A stretch of DNA of 61,229 nucleotides from Flavobacteriales bacterium (GCA_031371785.1 JANMKC010000122.1:1-61229), one strand, 5' to 3'. Positions 38,501-45,511 are shown, counted from the first letter of the stretch. Notes: a model not told the origin generated them from the sequence alone. Numbers and translations are program-made.

Positions 38501-41500
38501 TGTGCCGATGGCCACGCCCACGGTAGGGCTGCCGCTCATCAATACGGTAGGGGTGGTGGAGCAGATGCTCTGGTCCGGCCCGGCACTGGCCACCGGAGCG
38601 TTGGCATTGTAGAGGTTGATCACCACATCATCGGTGGTGATGCCACCGCACGGTCCGTTGTTCACCGTCCAGCGGAAGGTGTTCGCACCCACGCCGAGAG
38701 CGGTGATGGTGGTGGTGCGCGAGAAAGGCGTGGTGATCGTTCCGCTGCCGCCGGTCAGTGTCCACGTTCCTGTAGCGGGGAAGATCACGTTGCTGCCCGC
38801 CATCGTGGCCGTGGTGTTCGGCGTGCAGAGGCTTTGGTCAGGTCCGGCGTTGGCTGGCGGGTTGTTCGCGTCGTAAACGAACACGCTCACCTGGTCGTTG
38901 GTGTTGCCGCATGCGCCGTTGTTCACCGTCCATTGGAAGATGTTGTTGCCAACGCCCATGCCGCTCACGCCGGTGCTGCTGGTGTTGGGTGAAGCGATGG
39001 TGCCCGATCCGCTCACCAGCGTCCATGCGCCGGTGGTGGGCGCCGTTACCGCACTGCCGGTGAGCGTTGCGCTCGGCGTGGTGGAGCACACGTTCTGGTC
39101 GGCACCCGCGTTGGCGATGGCCGCACCGTTGCTGTTCACCGTGATGGTCACATCATCGGTACTGATGGGATTCGCGCAAGGGCCGTTGTTGATCGTCCAG
39201 CGGAACACGTTCACGCCGGTACCGAGCGCGGTAACACCGCTGGTGGCGGAAGAAGGAGAAGTGATGGTGCCGCTGCCGCTGATCAATATCCACACGCCGG
39301 TGCTCGGCGGGGTCGGCGAGTTGCCCGCCAGCGTGGTGTTGATGTTCGGAGTACACTTCGTCTGGTCCGGTCCGGCATTGGCGGTGGCTGCGTTCTGGTC
39401 ATATATGGTGATCACCACCAGATCGGTGGAGGGCGCACCGCACGGCCCATTGCTTATCGTCCAGCGCAAAGTCACCGTGCCGATGGCGAGGTTCGTTACC
39501 GTGGAGGTAGGAGAGGTGGGTGTGGTGATGGTACCGGTCCCGCTCACGACCGTCCATGCGCCGGTGCTGGGCGCGGTAGGCGTGCTGCCCGCCATGGTGG
39601 CCGTGGGCGAACTGCTGCACACGCTCTGGTCCGGCCCCGCATTGGCGATCGGCGCTGCGGGATCGAAGCGCGTGATCGTTGCTTGATCGCTAGTAAGGCC
39701 GTTAGCGCAAGGGCCGTTGTTCACCGTCCACTGGAACACGTTCGCGCCCACACCCAATCCGGTGACACCTGAAGCAGGTGAGTTCGGGGCGGTGATCGAT
39801 CCTGCGCCGCTGACCAAGGTCCAATGTCCAGTGGCCGGTGAGATCGGTGTGTTTCCCGCGAGCGAAGCAGAAGTAGCGCATACCTGCTGGTCCGGTCCGG
39901 CGTTGGCAGGTGGGCTGTTCGGGTTGAACACGGTGACATTGACCGTGTCCTGCGTGAATGGTGGGACGCAGGGTCCGTTATAGATCGTCCAGAGGAACGA
40001 ATTCACGCCGGCGCTGAGACCTGAAACCGCGCTGTTCCGGAAATTCACGTTGACGAATACGCCGGTACCCGCGATCACTGACCAAGTGCCGTTGGCCGGT
40101 TGAGCGTTCATGGTGGTGCTGCTGGTGGGCAGGCACAATAACTGATCAGGCCCCGCATTGGCCGCGGGCTGAGCATAGTCGTACAGCATGATCGTCACCT
40201 GATCGGTGGTGGGTGCTCCGCAAGGGCCGTTCGAAATGGTCCATTGGAACTTGTTCTGGCCGATGGACATGCCATTGACCATTGAGTTCGGGTTGTTAGG
40301 GTCGGCGAAGGTGCCGGTACCATTGATGAGGGTCCATGTTCCTACTGCGGGTGGCACTGCGGCATTGGCTGCGAGTTGCCCCGACGTGCTCGGCGTGCAT
40401 AGCTGCTGGTTAGGCCCAGCGTCGGCCGCCGCCTGCGAGGCGCTGTAGTTCACCACGGTCACTTGGTCGCTCGTTATACCGCAGGGTGCGTAATCCAGTG
40501 TCCATTGGAAAACATTGTTGCCTTGCGCCATGCCGGTTACCACCGCGTTGGGATTGCTGACGCTGCTGAAGGTGCCGCTGCCGCTGATCACGGTCCATTG
40601 CGCGGGTGTTTGTGAATACGGCAGCACCGCCTGCATGGTCACCGTTCCGCATGCTTGCAGATCCGGACCCGCGTTGGCGGGCGCGAACGGCGGCGTCACG
40701 ATCACCGTATAGCCATACTGGTTGGTGCCGGTGAGCGGGCAGGCGTTGTCGTTCACCGTTATGGTGAAGGTGTTGTTGCCGATGTCCGCTGCTGTGGGGG
40801 TCCAAGTGAAGGTGCCGGTCTGGAAAGGCGAGCCGCTGGTGGTGAAATTGCCGCCCGGAATGCCGCCGCTGTAAACGATGGTCGTGTTCTGCCCCGCGTT
40901 CGCGTCATTGGTATTGATGGTGAAGGAGACGGGCGTTCCCGTGCACACCGTGGTGGTATAGTTGTTCGTGCCGTTCACACCGGTGGCGGTGGGCGACGAG
41001 TTGCCGGTACACACGCGCACCACGAACTGCACGTCGCGCGTCACCGCACCGATGAGCACGCCGTTGCGGTACTCGCGCACACGGTAAGTGACCACCGACA
41101 CCTGCTGGATGTCCGGTACGCAGGTGAGCGTTCCGGTGATGGGGTTCAGCACCACCGCGTTCGCTCCGCCGGTATTGTGGATCGGCTGGGCAACGGTGTA
41201 GCCCGCAGTGAAAGGAATGTTCACGTTGCCCGCAGTGCGCGGCTGGATGATCGCGTAAGCGAGGGAATCACCATCGGGGTCAAAGGCACCGGGGTTGTAG
41301 CTTATCGGTTGGCCGAGACAGTAGTAAGGTGTAGGGGCGTTGAGGAAGACCGGCGAATTGTCGCAGGGCGTCAGTGTCCGGTTCAAGTTGGTGTTCAGGT
41401 ACAGGCTCTGGTTGCCGGGGTTCTGCAACGAGGTGATCGCATTGTTGCGGCAGCAGAGCGCCCAGCTGATCACGAAATCGTTGCCCGTGCCACAGTTCGC

Positions 41501-41914
41501 ATACGGCGTAAGGCTGATGATCTTCGAGAAGGTGTATTCCTCCACGCCGTAGGTACCAGTCGCGTTGCTGCAGCGGTCGAGCTCCGACGGGCAGATCGGC
41601 GTGATGATCTGCACGCTCTCGAGCGTGAGGCATTGATCGAAATTGGCACCGCAGTTCGCCGATGCCACATTGAAGGAAAGGCCGTTGGTGCAATTGGTGG
41701 GTGCCGCTACGCCGTTGCAATCGCGGTAGAATTTCAACGTCACCTTGTACTGGTTGCTGCCCAGGCAGGTGTAGGTGAGCTCGCCCCCTACGGCGTGCGT
41801 GGCCCGTGCCTCATCGGGGCGGAGCAGCAGCGCCGAAGCGGCGATCAGCAGGTTGCGGAGAAGGGAACGGGTCGCTTGGACCGGGGTGCGTGGTGCGCGT
41901 AGGGATGATGCCAT
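29555..41914 (-). CDS. giant (4119 aa) cell-surface repeat protein with a T9SS type B (gliding-motility-associated, CHU_C-type) C-terminal sorting domain
   Basis: It has a signal peptide, a ~410-aa N-terminal module, and about 41 tandem repeats with the consensus ANAGPDQxLCTPxTSTxLAGSxxxFPAxGTWTLVSGTGxFxDPNDPNTxVSGLTVGENIFxWTVxNGPCxxxxTxDQVSIFVYD. The last 91 aa read LTIPDAFSPNGDGVNDTYVIEGLEYYP...FNRWG...YYYVLDLG...GYIYLKR, a type B CTD. Confidence 0.92.
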   Translation of the reverse strand: MASSLRAPRTPVQATRSLLRNLLIAASALLLRPDEARATHAVGGELTYTCLGSNQYKVTLKFYRDCNGVAAPTNCTNGLSFNVASANCGANFDQCLTLESVQIITPICPSELDRCSNATGTYGVEEYTFSKIISLTPYANCGTGNDFVISWALCCRNNAITSLQNPGNQSLYLNTNLNRTLTPCDNSPVFLNAPTPYYCLGQPISYNPGAFDPDGDSLAYAIIQPRTAGNVNIPFTAGYTVAQPIHNTGGANAVVLNPITGTLTCVPDIQQVSVVTYRVREYRNGVLIGAVTRDVQFVVRVCTGNSSPTATGVNGTNNYTTTVCTGTPVSFTINTNDANAGQNTTIVYSGGIPGGNFTTSGSPFQTGTFTWTPTAADIGNNTFTITVNDNACPLTGTNQYGYTVIVTPPFAPANAGPDLQACGTVTMQAVLPYSQTPAQWTVISGSGTFSSVSNPNAVVTGMAQGNNVFQWTLDYAPCGITSDQVTVVNYSASQAAADAGPNQQLCTPSTSGQLAANAAVPPAVGTWTLINGTGTFADPNNPNSMVNGMSIGQNKFQWTISNGPCGAPTTDQVTIMLYDYAQPAANAGPDQLLCLPTSSTTMNAQPANGTWSVIAGTGVFVNVNFRNSAVSGLSAGVNSFLWTIYNGPCVPPFTQDTVNVTVFNPNSPPANAGPDQQVCATSASLAGNTPISPATGHWTLVSGAGSITAPNSPASGVTGLGVGANVFQWTVNNGPCANGLTSDQATITRFDPAAPIANAGPDQSVCSSSPTATMAGSTPTAPSTGAWTVVSGTGTITTPTSPTSTVTNLAIGTVTLRWTISNGPCGAPSTDLVVITIYDQNAATANAGPDQTKCTPNINTTLAGNSPTPPSTGVWILISGSGTITSPSSATSGVTALGTGVNVFRWTINNGPCANPISTDDVTITVNSNGAAIANAGADQNVCSTTPSATLTGSAVTAPTTGAWTLVSGSGTIASPNTSSTGVSGMGVGNNIFQWTVNNGACGNTNDQVSVFVYDANNPPANAGPDQSLCTPNTTATMAGSNVIFPATGTWTLTGGSGTITTPFSRTTTITALGVGANTFRWTVNNGPCGGITTDDVVINLYNANAPVASAGPDQSICSTTPTVLMSGSPTVGVAIGTWTLISGSGTITAAASPFTSITNLGVGNNVFQWSVNNGPCGTTSDQVSVFVFDVNNPVANAGPDQNQCTPFTTATMAGSNVIFPATGTWTLVGGSGTIAAVNSPTTSISNLGVGANVFRWTVINGPCGAATNDLVTINIFDQNAQPANAGADQSVCSTSPVATVTGNAPIGSATGSWTLISGTGTITSPNATTTTLTGLGVGTVIVQWNINNGSCGTSSDQVSILVFSNANPVANAGPDQNLCTPTTSTTLAGSNVIAPAVGTWTVVQGAGVFANANLRNTAVSGLIVGENIFRWTVNNGPCASGITNDVVSIFLFDANNPVANAGPDQSLCRPDTSTNMAGSSLIFPATGDWTLVSGSGTIVAHGSPTTLITGLGIGDNIFRWTVSNGPCGAVTTDDVLIKVYDNRQDVAFAGPDQSICVPTFPNTVTLSGLPVIYPAIGTWTLVSGIGIITSPNNFTTTVTGLDVGTSVFQWTIDNGPCVNPITSDQVSVFVFDAANPAANAGPDQNLCTPITSTVMAGSPLTSPATGTWALVSGSGTIITASDPNSQITGLGLGANVFSWMVNNGPCVPGTTTDNVTINVFNGAAQAANAGADQNLCSDAASTTLAGNAPTFPATGSWTVQQGTATFGNATSATSSVSGLGVGANILVWNINNGACGVSSDPMTIYVYDAGQSAADAGADQSACSDNGVAQVTLNGSATIFPGQGVWTVISGTGNFSDANDPNTLAFGIPIGVNVFQWTVDNGPCAPGVTSDQVTITVYDPNSPVANAGNEQSVCTPVALLLLNGNTPTFPATGLWTIVQGTGTITNPTNPNTTVSGISPGVYIFQWTLNNGPCANPISSDQVTISVYDLNNPVANAGPNEDLCTPTTSTTLNGSSLIFPATGVWTVTQGTGVFQDANAPNTTVNGLSVGQNTFVWSVDNGPCANAFTTDQVSIFLYDANTPDADAGPTQNLCGTTTTVMQASTLIFPATGSWSTVSGTGTFSDPTLPNSTVSNLSIGANVFAWFVNNGPCGTGFTSDQVTINVFDDNAPNADAGSDQSVCGIGSNVQLQGNAPTGVSTGFWSVVSGTVTLSDPADPNATANGFAVGEVVLQWTLDNGTCGSSSDLVSIFVYDAQQAVANAGSDQDLCLPTNTATLSGSNYSFPSTGTWTLVSGNGTISDPTAANSTVIDLGVGANVFLWTVDNGPCGGITTDQVTINIYDNAAASADAGPDQQLCTPTTSATLAANSTVGVAVGTWTVLQGGGTFADANDPNTTVSGLTVGENILQWSISNGPCGSSTDAVSIFLFDNGNADANAGPDQELCTPTASTALAGSSVIFPAQGTWTLVQGTGTFADANDPNTSVSGLTVGENIFQWSVNNGPCANGTTTDQMSVFVYDANNAAADAGPDQQICTPVSTTNLAGNTPTFPASGTWTLAGGTGIIADANDPNTAVSGLTVGENIFVWTVSNGPCANGITTDQVSIFVFDDLNPVADAGPDQELCTPNTSTTLAGSNATFPAQGTWTVLQGTGIFSDPNDPNATVSALTIGENILQWSMANGPCANPLTTDVVSIFVFDVNNPVANAGPDQNLCTPTTSTSFAGSAITFPAQGTWTLVSGAGAIADANDPNSSVTGLDVGANVFAWTVSNGPCANGLTSDTVTILLFDNNNVGANAGADQQFCTPTSTTNLQGSAVTFPASGSWTLIGGTGNIADPSDPNSAVDGLTIGENIFQWTVDNGPCGAPTTDQVSIFIFDDQNPVANAGPDQQLCTPTSDAVLSGSPITFPATGAWTLFSGTGNVANASDPNSAVSGLTVGENIFVWTVSNGPCANPLTSDTMSIFLFDATNPVADAGPDQSLCTPTTSAQLTGSNVIFPAIGTWTILQGNGAFADANDPNTTISGLTVGETIIRWTVNNGPCESGISTDQLSIFLYDDQNPVADAGPDQELCTPNTNTTMAGSAITFPATGTWTLVTGTGDIADPSVPNTAITNLTIGENIFLWTVSNGPCNNPLTTDLVSIFVYDVNNPVADAGTDQQICTPVTSATLAGSSYTFPATGTWTLASGQGTITDPSDPNTTVTDLGIGVNVFTWTVSNGPCANGLTSDDASILLFDLNSPPAAAGPDQSQCTPNTSTTMAANNATAPGTGVWSVAQGSANFIDPASPTTDVDGLIVGENILVWTLENGVCGISHDSVSVFIYDEFNPPANAGPDVEICTPQDSIYLAGNTPTFPAEGTWSLVSGAGLFADTHDPGSKVVGLTIGYNTFAWTVNNGPCNNPITSDTMTVILFSDSTSAPNAGPDLETCLPQTTIHLQGVAPQLPATGIWSLASGSGTIVDPLDTATLITDLTVGISTFVWTLDLGPCPNNGLLTDTMLVYTYDPTAPAADAGPDQEHCTPDTTTTMQALVPTFPGEGTWTLINGTGVISDIHDPTASITGLTIGNNTFQWLVYNGQCGQGPPSQDTVNIAVFDSTAAPAAAGPDQQFCTPNTTATMAGNPATFPGTGSWTLISGSATITGPSDPQTTATNIAVGDNIFVWTIDNGACGTTTDTVLIQMFDGNAAPAGSGPDQSICIPTQPNTVTMAGNVPTYPASGTWTLVSGTGTIADPNDPNSGITDLDVGVSVFTWTISNGPCGTTSDDLTITIFNAASPNANAGPDVQLCTPTTGTAMAGNAPTAPATGQWTIVTGTGQLADPSSPTTAITGIGVGNLVLAWTINNGPCANGLTSDTIVVSLFDNNAPSAAAGPDQQFCVPANGDAAMTATVPTPPASGAWTIGSGSGTITDPLDPFTTITDISFGENTFLWTIDNGACGSTSDAVIISVFDSSEHPADAGPDQSYCQDTTETQLHAVPLLSNTAIGAWTLIGGSGNIVDPADSATDVTQLALGENIFLWTVVNGVCGTTSDSILVVLTDCAKLTIPDAFSPNGDGVNDTYVIEGLEYYPKNTFQVFNRWGSQVLDRSPYNNNWDGRSEGDMNWGEELPESTYYYVLDLGNGDDMITGYIYLKR
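29831..40681 (-). repeat. tandem coding repeat array (about 41 units of 85-90 codons, roughly 260 bp each) within the giant adhesin gene
   Basis: I counted 41 occurrences of the [AS]-[ND/A]-AG-[PAST]-[DN]-x-x-x-C unit start in the translated ORF. The units have diverged (not identical) at both protein and DNA level. Confidence 0.85.
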
Positions 41915-42249
41915 GTACCTGCGGAATGGTGGCCACCGCCTTCACACGCCCGCGTCTCGAAGAGAGTATTCGCCGCAGGCCCGGCCTTCGCCAGCGCATG
42001 CCATCAGTGAACAGGTACACGATGCGCACGCCTGTGTTCCGGACAGGTGCCGGACAAACCTATTTCCATCGCATGCGCTGAGTGCCGCAGGGGGCGCGCA
42101 CTTGTCAACACACGCATGTTCGGTGTATCAACGCGCGTTGCTTGTCCAAGCGCTACGACGCATTTGTCCTCGATGCCGGTCTCCATAACATGCTGTGCGT
42201 TCCAACTGAAAGCGGGATCGGCTCGATCATCCCACACCCTCGCGGTTCA

Positions 42250-42930
42250 CTACTTGATCCCGAACCGGCAGTAGTGTATCTTCTTTCCTTCCGCCAGCCA
42301 CATGCGCTCATAGAATGTGCGGATGTTCAACACGCGTTGTTCCTCTTCGCTCACACGATGGACCAGCTCGCCATACACATCGGCACTCTTTTCCTGCAAA
42401 GGCAGGTGGTGTAATTCCACTTGTTCCAGCGTGTATTCATAGAGCAAGGGACTGTCCGTCTTCAAGTGAACGAGGCCGCCGGGCTTCAACACTTCTTTGT
42501 AGCGCGCAAGGAAGAGCGGGGAGGTGAGCCGCTTGCGCGCTTTGCCTATTTGTGGATCGGAGAAGGTGAGCCAGATCCCGCTTATCTCTCCCGGGGCGAA
42601 GCAGTTCAGGAGATGGTCCACATGCGTGCGCAGGAAACCGACGTTGGTGAGTCCCAGCTCCCGCACGGTGCGTGCCCCACGCCAGATCCGTGCGCCCTTG
42701 ATGTCCACCCCGATATAGTTGCGCTCCGGCCGCAATTGCGCGAGCCCCGTGGTGTATTCGCCTTTGCCGCAGCCGAGTTCCAGCACCAATGGCGCATCAC
42801 GCTTGAAGAATTCGCTGTTCCATCTTCCCTTCAGCGGGAATTCACCGCGCGCGACCTCCTCGAAGGTGGGTTGCACCACATGCTCGAACGTGGCGTTCTC
42901 AGTGAAGCGTTCCTGTTTGCCTTTGCCCAT
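42250..42930 (-). CDS. trmB: tRNA (guanine-N7)-methyltransferase
   Basis: The ATG at 42930 gives MGKGKQERFTENATFEHVVQP. The SAM motif is LVLELGCGKGEYT, followed by NYIGVDIKG and FSDP. The listed 94-codon N-terminal extension is translated from the repeat element. Confidence 0.88.
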   Translation of the reverse strand: MGKGKQERFTENATFEHVVQPTFEEVARGEFPLKGRWNSEFFKRDAPLVLELGCGKGEYTTGLAQLRPERNYIGVDIKGARIWRGARTVRELGLTNVGFLRTHVDHLLNCFAPGEISGIWLTFSDPQIGKARKRLTSPLFLARYKEVLKPGGLVHLKTDSPLLYEYTLEQVELHHLPLQEKSADVYGELVHRVSEEEQRVLNIRTFYERMWLAEGKKIHYCRFGIK

Positions 42931-42952
42931 GGCCCGTTGTCGCTGATCAGGT

Positions 42953-43050
42953 CTGGTTGCTGGTTGTTGGTTGCTGGTTGTTGGTTGTTCGGCTGGGTGG
43001 TGGCAACCGGTCGGCGTTCGCCAACAACAAACAACCAGCAACCAACAACC
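42953..43050. repeat. heptamer-arm hairpin element, copy 2
   Basis: The left arm (42953-42989) is CTGGTTGCTGGTTGTTGGTTGCTGGTTGTTGGTTGTT. The core is CGGCTGGGTGGTGGCAACCGGTCGGCGTTCG. The right arm (43021-43050) is CCAACAACAAACAACCAGCAACCAACAACC. It lies between the divergent trmB and glycosyltransferase starts. Confidence 0.85.
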
Positions 43051-43087
43051 ATCGGCGGGCAAAGATGCGATCCCGACATTCGCCGTG

Positions 43088-44170
43088 ATGTTCGCCGGTG
43101 CCCGCATTCTCATCGCCCCGCTCGATTGGGGGCTCGGGCACAGCACGCGCGACATCCCCATCATCCGGCGCTTGTTGGAACTGGACGCCCGGCCGGTGAT
43201 CGGTGCCGACAAGGGACCGCTCGCGCTATTGCGTGATGAGTTCCCGGCGCTCCCGTGGGTGCGTATCCGCGGCGTGGAAGTACGCTATGCGAAAGGTGGA
43301 TCCCAGCGGTTGGCGATGGCCACGCAATTCCCCGCGATGCTGCGCTCATTGCGGCACGAACATGCGTTGCTGCTCGACATCTTCCGCGAGCAGAAGATCG
43401 ATGCGGTGATCAGCGATCAACGCTTTGGGCTTCGCACGGCGCACGTGCCGTCAGTGCTCATCACGCATCAGGTATTTCCGTTCACGCCTTTCGCGCAGTC
43501 AGCGCTGCGCCGCTTGAACCGCTACCAAATCCAGCGGTTCGACAAGTGCTGGATCATGGATGAGCCGGAAGCTCCCGGACTGGCGGGTACACTTTCGCAC
43601 GGCGCACAGATGCCCGCGAACGCGCGCTATATCGGTGCGCTCAGTCGTATGCGCGCAGGTATGAGCGTATCGCGCCGCTATCGCATCGCTGCGGTGATCA
43701 GCGGACCTGAACCGCAGCGGACCCTGCTTGATGATGCGCTTACGCGCCAGCTACGCGCCATCGACGGCGAACACTTGCTTGTGCGCGGACTGCCAACGGA
43801 ACCTGCGACGGATCGCATCGGCAACATCGAACGACGTTCCCACATGAACGCTCGCGACCTCAACGATGCGTTGCTCAACGCCGAGCACATCATCACCCGC
43901 AGCGGCTATACCACCTTGATGGACCTCGCCGTCCTCGGCCGTAGCGCATTGCTGATCCCAACACCGGGACAATCGGAACAGGAATACCTGGCGGAACTGC
44001 ACCAGCGTACGGGGCGGTTCACCTTCCAGCGGCAAAGCGAGCTCAACGTTCGCGCTTATGTGGAGCATACGCGGTCGACCGATCCCGGATCCGCGTCATT
44101 CGATAGTGCGTTGTTGGAACCGGCCTTGCAGGAACTCGCCACGATGATCCCACGCAACTCCGGAGCCTGA
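43088..44170 (+). CDS. glycosyltransferase (GT28/MurG-like, GT-B fold)
   Basis: The ATG at 43088 gives MFAGARILIAPLDWGLGHSTRDIPIIRRL, the typical N-terminus of this Bacteroidota GT family. The C-terminal part reads ITRSGYTTLMDLAVLGRSALLIPTPGQSEQEYLA. Confidence 0.7.
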   Translation: MFAGARILIAPLDWGLGHSTRDIPIIRRLLELDARPVIGADKGPLALLRDEFPALPWVRIRGVEVRYAKGGSQRLAMATQFPAMLRSLRHEHALLLDIFREQKIDAVISDQRFGLRTAHVPSVLITHQVFPFTPFAQSALRRLNRYQIQRFDKCWIMDEPEAPGLAGTLSHGAQMPANARYIGALSRMRAGMSVSRRYRIAAVISGPEPQRTLLDDALTRQLRAIDGEHLLVRGLPTEPATDRIGNIERRSHMNARDLNDALLNAEHIITRSGYTTLMDLAVLGRSALLIPTPGQSEQEYLAELHQRTGRFTFQRQSELNVRAYVEHTRSTDPGSASFDSALLEPALQELATMIPRNSGA

Positions 44171-44266
44171 CGGATCCACGCGCCCTCGCCTTCGCGAAGA
44201 GCGCTTCGGCGGAGCGCGGTACATTCGCACACTGCGTTCGCCGAAGCCTTGGCGAAGGCGCAAACG

Positions 44267-45511
44267 ATGATACTTCGCTCCGCTCCCTGTCTGTTCGTCT
44301 CCTTCATTGCGCTCACCGCCGTCGCCCAAGGCGATGCGGACAAGCAGCTGCAGCAGTTGCAGGTGCAGTACGATCAACTGGAGGAGCAACAGAAGTTGTT
44401 GCTCGGTCCGTTGGAAGATGCCAAGCTGAGAGTGATGGACCGCGACCTCGCGGCGCAGGGCCTTCCCGCGCTCGCGCCCGGCGATGAGGTGATCGCGCAT
44501 CCGGGCCATTCTTTGGTGTGGAGCGAGAAATACCACCAGCCCAAGTGGACCGCACACATTGTGATGCCGGACATCATGAAAGGAAGTCTCGCGCGCATCG
44601 ACACCTTCCTGCCCGACCCGATGGTGCATGGCAACACGGCCCTCTACTACGACTACCTGAACAGTGGTTACGATCGCGGCCACCAAGTGCCGAGCGCCGA
44701 TATGCGCTGGAGCCAGAAGGCGCTCGAAGCGACTTACCTCTACAGCAACATCTGTCCGCAGACACCCGACCTCAATCGCGGTTCATGGGCCGAACTCGAA
44801 GACTGGGGCCGCCGTTATGTCCACTATGCGAACGAACGCGTCTTCATCGTTACAGGGCCTGTCCTGAACGATGCGCTGCCGCTGCTGAACAAACCGAAAG
44901 CGAAGGACGATGTGAGCGTTCCTGTCTGGTTCTTCAAAGCCTTCGCCGATCTGGACGGACCGCAGAAAAAAGGCATCGCCTTCGTGATGAAGAACGGGTT
45001 GAACGATCACGACATGATCTCCTACGCGCTCTCGATCGACAGCGTGGAAAAACTCACCGGCCTCGATCTCTTTCCCGCGCTCGACGATAGTCTGGAGAAC
45101 AGGATCGAAGCGATGCGCGATCCGCAGGCGTGGTATGGCAAGGGCGATCCCAATTTCGGCGATGTGGAGCCCATGAAGGCACCGCTGCCCGGTGGACGCT
45201 ACAACACTACGCAGGCGAAATACCACATCGGCCAGAGCGCCACCATCTGTGGTACCGTAGTGAGCACACGCCGCACGCAGAAGGCCAATGCGGTCTACCT
45301 GAACCTGGACCACAACCACCCGCACCAGGAGTTCTACGCCACCATCTGGGACTTCAACGGCCCCAACTTCCACTACGACCCGGAGACCTACCTGGTCAAC
45401 AAGAAGGTCTGCGTCACCGGCAAGCTCACGTTGTACAACGACATCCCCCGGATCAGCGTGAACAACGAGAACGAGATCACGATGTGGGACGATGTGCTGA
45501 AGGGCCAGTAG
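44267..45511 (+). CDS. secreted DNA/RNA non-specific endonuclease (beta-beta-alpha-Me, Endonuclease_NS family) with a C-terminal OB-fold-like domain
   Basis: The ATG at 44267 gives the signal peptide MILRSAPCLFVSFIALTAVAQG. The catalytic motif is YDRGHQVPSADM...N..PQ. The C-terminal ~90 aa (ATICGTVVSTRRTQKANAVYLNL...VCVTGKLTLYNDIPRISV) look like an OB fold. Confidence 0.8.
   Translation: MILRSAPCLFVSFIALTAVAQGDADKQLQQLQVQYDQLEEQQKLLLGPLEDAKLRVMDRDLAAQGLPALAPGDEVIAHPGHSLVWSEKYHQPKWTAHIVMPDIMKGSLARIDTFLPDPMVHGNTALYYDYLNSGYDRGHQVPSADMRWSQKALEATYLYSNICPQTPDLNRGSWAELEDWGRRYVHYANERVFIVTGPVLNDALPLLNKPKAKDDVSVPVWFFKAFADLDGPQKKGIAFVMKNGLNDHDMISYALSIDSVEKLTGLDLFPALDDSLENRIEAMRDPQAWYGKGDPNFGDVEPMKAPLPGGRYNTTQAKYHIGQSATICGTVVSTRRTQKANAVYLNLDHNHPHQEFYATIWDFNGPNFHYDPETYLVNKKVCVTGKLTLYNDIPRISVNNENEITMWDDVLKGQ

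Noticed and set aside
41915-42249. A Bacteroidota-type promoter for the giant adhesin gene: TAGGTTTG (a TAnnTTTG-like -7 element) on the minus strand at 42055-42062.
   Set aside because: There is no TTG -33 element at the expected ~19-21 bp spacing upstream, so the match is a single 8-mer that could occur by chance. It is not reported as a feature.
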